Source: Coriobacteriia bacterium
GTDB lineage: Bacteria; Actinomycetota; Coriobacteriia; Anaerosomatales; JAJZPX01
Reading direction: 5' to 3'
DNA length: 64,000 nucleotides
Assembly (NCBI GenBank): GCA_036504755.1
Contig: DASXUP010000009.1
Span: 35,631 to 99,630, forward strand
This document shows positions 61,997-64,000 of this stretch, one piece after another. Below the pieces are notes generated by a model. The model saw nothing but the letters and a program-made list of their open reading frames with translations. It was not told where the DNA came from and made no database searches. Position 1 is the first letter of the stretch; the number at the start of each line of letters is the position of its first letter. Made by a program: the position numbers and the translations under genes.

Positions 61997-64000
61997 ATGG
62001 GAGGACACCCTGAGGAGCACCGCAGGCAGGACGGGCTGCGAGCCGTTCTCGCCAGCACCGGCGAAGGGTGCGTGCTCGTCGGAGCCTCCGGCACCGTCCG
62101 GCTCATGAACGAGGCCGCGCAGCGGCTCCTCGGCAGGGCACGCGCAGACGTCGTCGGCAAGGCGTTCAAGCAGCTCGGCCAGTGCGCGCTCTCGGAGGCC
62201 GTCGGCGACGTCCTCGAGCATCCGGAGGCGGGCGGGCGCTACATCGAGCTGCGCGTCGAGGGTCGCACGGTCGGTTGCAGGGTGACGCCGTTCGACTCGC
62301 CGCGGGAGCAGGGGCTCACCATCTCGATCCGCGACGAGACGGAGCTGGTGAGCCAGAGGGAGCGGGCCGAGGCGATCCTGAGCTCGACGGGGGACGGTCT
62401 CATCGTGTTCGCCCCCGACAACGTCCTCGAGTATATGAACCCCGCCGCGGCCGAGATGCTCGGCGTCGATCCCGGCGAGTGGATAGGCCGCCGCGCGACC
62501 ACCTCGGAGTTGCTCGGCGTCGAGGTGGCCGACGCCGGCGAGGCGGCGTCCTGCTGGGATATGCGCAACTGCGAGGAAGAGAGCTGTCCCGCGTGGCACG
62601 CCGAGGACCTGCGTTGCTGGCTCGTCTCCGGGACGCTTTGCGAGGGCGAGCCGCGGACGTTCCGCGAGAAGCTCTCCGACTGCCACGGCTGCGACGTTTA
62701 CATGCGCAACAGCCGGCTGCTGGAGGAGTGCGGCATGAGCTTCACGCGCGAGGCCACGCTCACGGAGCCGGTGCACCGCGTCGTGAAGATCAGGACGAAC
62801 CCGGTCATCGACTCCGGCGGCGGCTTCATCGGCTGCGTGAAAAGCCTCCACGACATCACCGCGGAGCGCGAGATCTCTCAGATGAAGAACGAGTTCGTCT
62901 CGACCGTCAGCCATGAGCTGCGGACGCCGCTGACCTCCATCAAGGGCTACGTCGACCTCATCCTCGACGGCGAGACCGGCGAGATCAACGAGATCCAGCG
63001 TGAGTTCCTCGGCATCGTGAAGCAGAACTCCGATCGGCTCGTCGCGCTCATCAACGACATGCTCGACATCTCGCGCATCGAGTCGGGGCGCATCCACCTC
63101 AAGATCGAGCCGCTCGACATGCACGACCTGATCACCGGCGTCATCGACACCTTCAAGGCGGTGGTGTCGCAGACCGGCCATCAGCTCTCGGCCGAGGTCG
63201 CCGAGCCGCTGCCGCTCGTGGCAGGCGACCGAGACCGCGTCGGCCAGGTGCTGATCAACCTGGTGAGCAACGCGATCAAGTACAGTCCGGCCGGCGGTGC
63301 GGTGACGGTGACGGCCCGCAAGCGGGACGGGCAGCTCGTGGTCGGCGTCGTGGACGAGGGCATCGGCATCAGCCGAGAGGACCAGGAGCACCTGTTCGAC
63401 CAGTTCTACCGGGTGGACAGCTCGCTGACGCGTGAGATCGGCGGCACCGGGCTCGGCCTTTCGATCTGCAAGACGATCATCGAGCTCCTCGGCGGTCAGA
63501 TCTGGGTCGAGAGCACGCTGGGCAAGGGGTCGACCTTCGACTTCAGTCTCCCGATCGCCCCGAAGGAGCTCGTGCGCACCCCCACGGTCGAGCGCCCGCT
63601 CGAGAAGGGCGGCAAGGTCCTGGTCGTGGACCACAGCCCCGAGATCGCGAACCTCGTCGAGATCTACCTGCGGCGCGAGGGCTACGACGTCGTCAAGGCT
63701 TTCACCGCCGAGGAGGCCGTGCGCAAGGCGCTGTCCGAGCGGCCGGACGTCATCACGCTCGACGTCATGATGGAAGACGTCGACGGGTTTGACCTGCTCC
63801 AGCGCATCAAGGAGAACCGCGACACGTCACAGATACCCGTGGTGATCCTGTCGATCGTCTGCGACGAGGGGAAGTGCTGCCGCCTCGGCGCCGCGCACTA
63901 CCTCGAGAAGCCGATCGACCAGGACAAACTGCTCGCCATCGTCCGGGACCTCGTCACGACGAAGGAGACCCCGCTCGTGCTGGTGGTGGACGACGACAAG
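61997..64000 (+). CDS. Hybrid sensor histidine kinase (PAS, Cys-rich module, PAS-like, HisKA, HATPase_c, REC, start of a second REC); 3' end beyond the window
   Basis: Absent from the ORF track because it has no in-window stop. Manual translation from ATG 61997 stays open to position 64000 (668 codons). Motifs: FVSTVSHELRTPLTSIKGYV (H-box), LINLVSNAIKYSP, DEGIGIS, GTGLGLSICKTIIELLGGQIW, and REC segments VLVVDHSPEI...ITLDVMMEDVDGFDLL. A second VLVVDDDK lies at the window edge. Confidence 0.85.
   Translation, partial: MGGHPEEHRRQDGLRAVLASTGEGCVLVGASGTVRLMNEAAQRLLGRARADVVGKAFKQLGQCALSEAVGDVLEHPEAGGRYIELRVEGRTVGCRVTPFDSPREQGLTISIRDETELVSQRERAEAILSSTGDGLIVFAPDNVLEYMNPAAAEMLGVDPGEWIGRRATTSELLGVEVADAGEAASCWDMRNCEEESCPAWHAEDLRCWLVSGTLCEGEPRTFREKLSDCHGCDVYMRNSRLLEECGMSFTREATLTEPVHRVVKIRTNPVIDSGGGFIGCVKSLHDITAEREISQMKNEFVSTVSHELRTPLTSIKGYVDLILDGETGEINEIQREFLGIVKQNSDRLVALINDMLDISRIESGRIHLKIEPLDMHDLITGVIDTFKAVVSQTGHQLSAEVAEPLPLVAGDRDRVGQVLINLVSNAIKYSPAGGAVTVTARKRDGQLVVGVVDEGIGISREDQEHLFDQFYRVDSSLTREIGGTGLGLSICKTIIELLGGQIWVESTLGKGSTFDFSLPIAPKELVRTPTVERPLEKGGKVLVVDHSPEIANLVEIYLRREGYDVVKAFTAEEAVRKALSERPDVITLDVMMEDVDGFDLLQRIKENRDTSQIPVVILSIVCDEGKCCRLGAAHYLEKPIDQDKLLAIVRDLVTTKETPLVLVVDDDK

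Noticed and set aside
61694-63634. A 646-aa minus-strand ORF.
   Set aside because: It is antisense to the hybrid histidine kinase. The kinase's H-box, N/G boxes and receiver domain read cleanly on the plus strand from ATG 61997.
1-64000. CRISPR arrays, IS elements, integrases, prophage genes and rRNA operons.
   Set aside because: No repeat-spacer periodicity, transposase or integrase motifs, or rRNA-like sequence was seen on either strand. The only RNA gene found is tRNA-Gly(CCC).

Overview
This 64-kb window covers the replication-origin region of a very GC-rich bacterial chromosome. The organism looks Gram-positive-type and Actinomycetota-like, and probably anaerobic. That placement is inference only, drawn from reverse rubrerythrin, FeoAB, an Fe-S L-serine dehydratase, ferredoxins, a PafBC-like WYL pair and CWB2 anchoring.

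The left 7 kb is the classical origin block. It runs dnaA (partial, minus strand), then a GHKL-ATPase/wHTH gene directly upstream of dnaA, then an intergenic DnaA-box cluster (candidate oriC). After that come rpmH-rnpA-yidD-yidC-jag, a terminator, two tandem parS sites, and rsmG-parA-parB.

The rest of the window, in order:
- AddB/AddA-like helicase-nuclease, rlmN, reverse rubrerythrin, HtrA, and a PAS histidine kinase.
- A SERCA-type P-type ATPase with a structured leader.
- A secreted protein with 3 Ig-like repeats and 10 CxxCH heme motifs.
- An L-serine dehydratase operon whose beta and alpha genes are separated by about 17 kb. The intervening DNA carries feoAB and a complete cell-wall glycopolymer locus: PglF/E/D/C-like genes, 3 GT4 genes, a CWB2-anchored beta-helix protein, Wzy-like, Wzx and LCP.
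- An exonuclease-DinG helicase, two WYL regulators followed by a small Cys/His-rich gene, and a GAF/PAS kinase.
- A Crp/Fnr regulator divergent from a ygbA-like, ferredoxin and CxxCH-membrane-protein cluster.
- A metallophosphoesterase, an M28 peptidase, a CcsA-like cytochrome c assembly gene, a GGDEF protein, tRNA-Gly(CCC), and a hybrid sensor kinase that runs off the right edge.

I saw no CRISPR array, transposase, integrase, rRNA or prophage genes.

Many long ORFs in the six-frame track are antisense or alternative-frame artefacts of the high GC content, and I did not call them. All family assignments come from motif reading by eye. No HMM, BLAST or folding computation was run.
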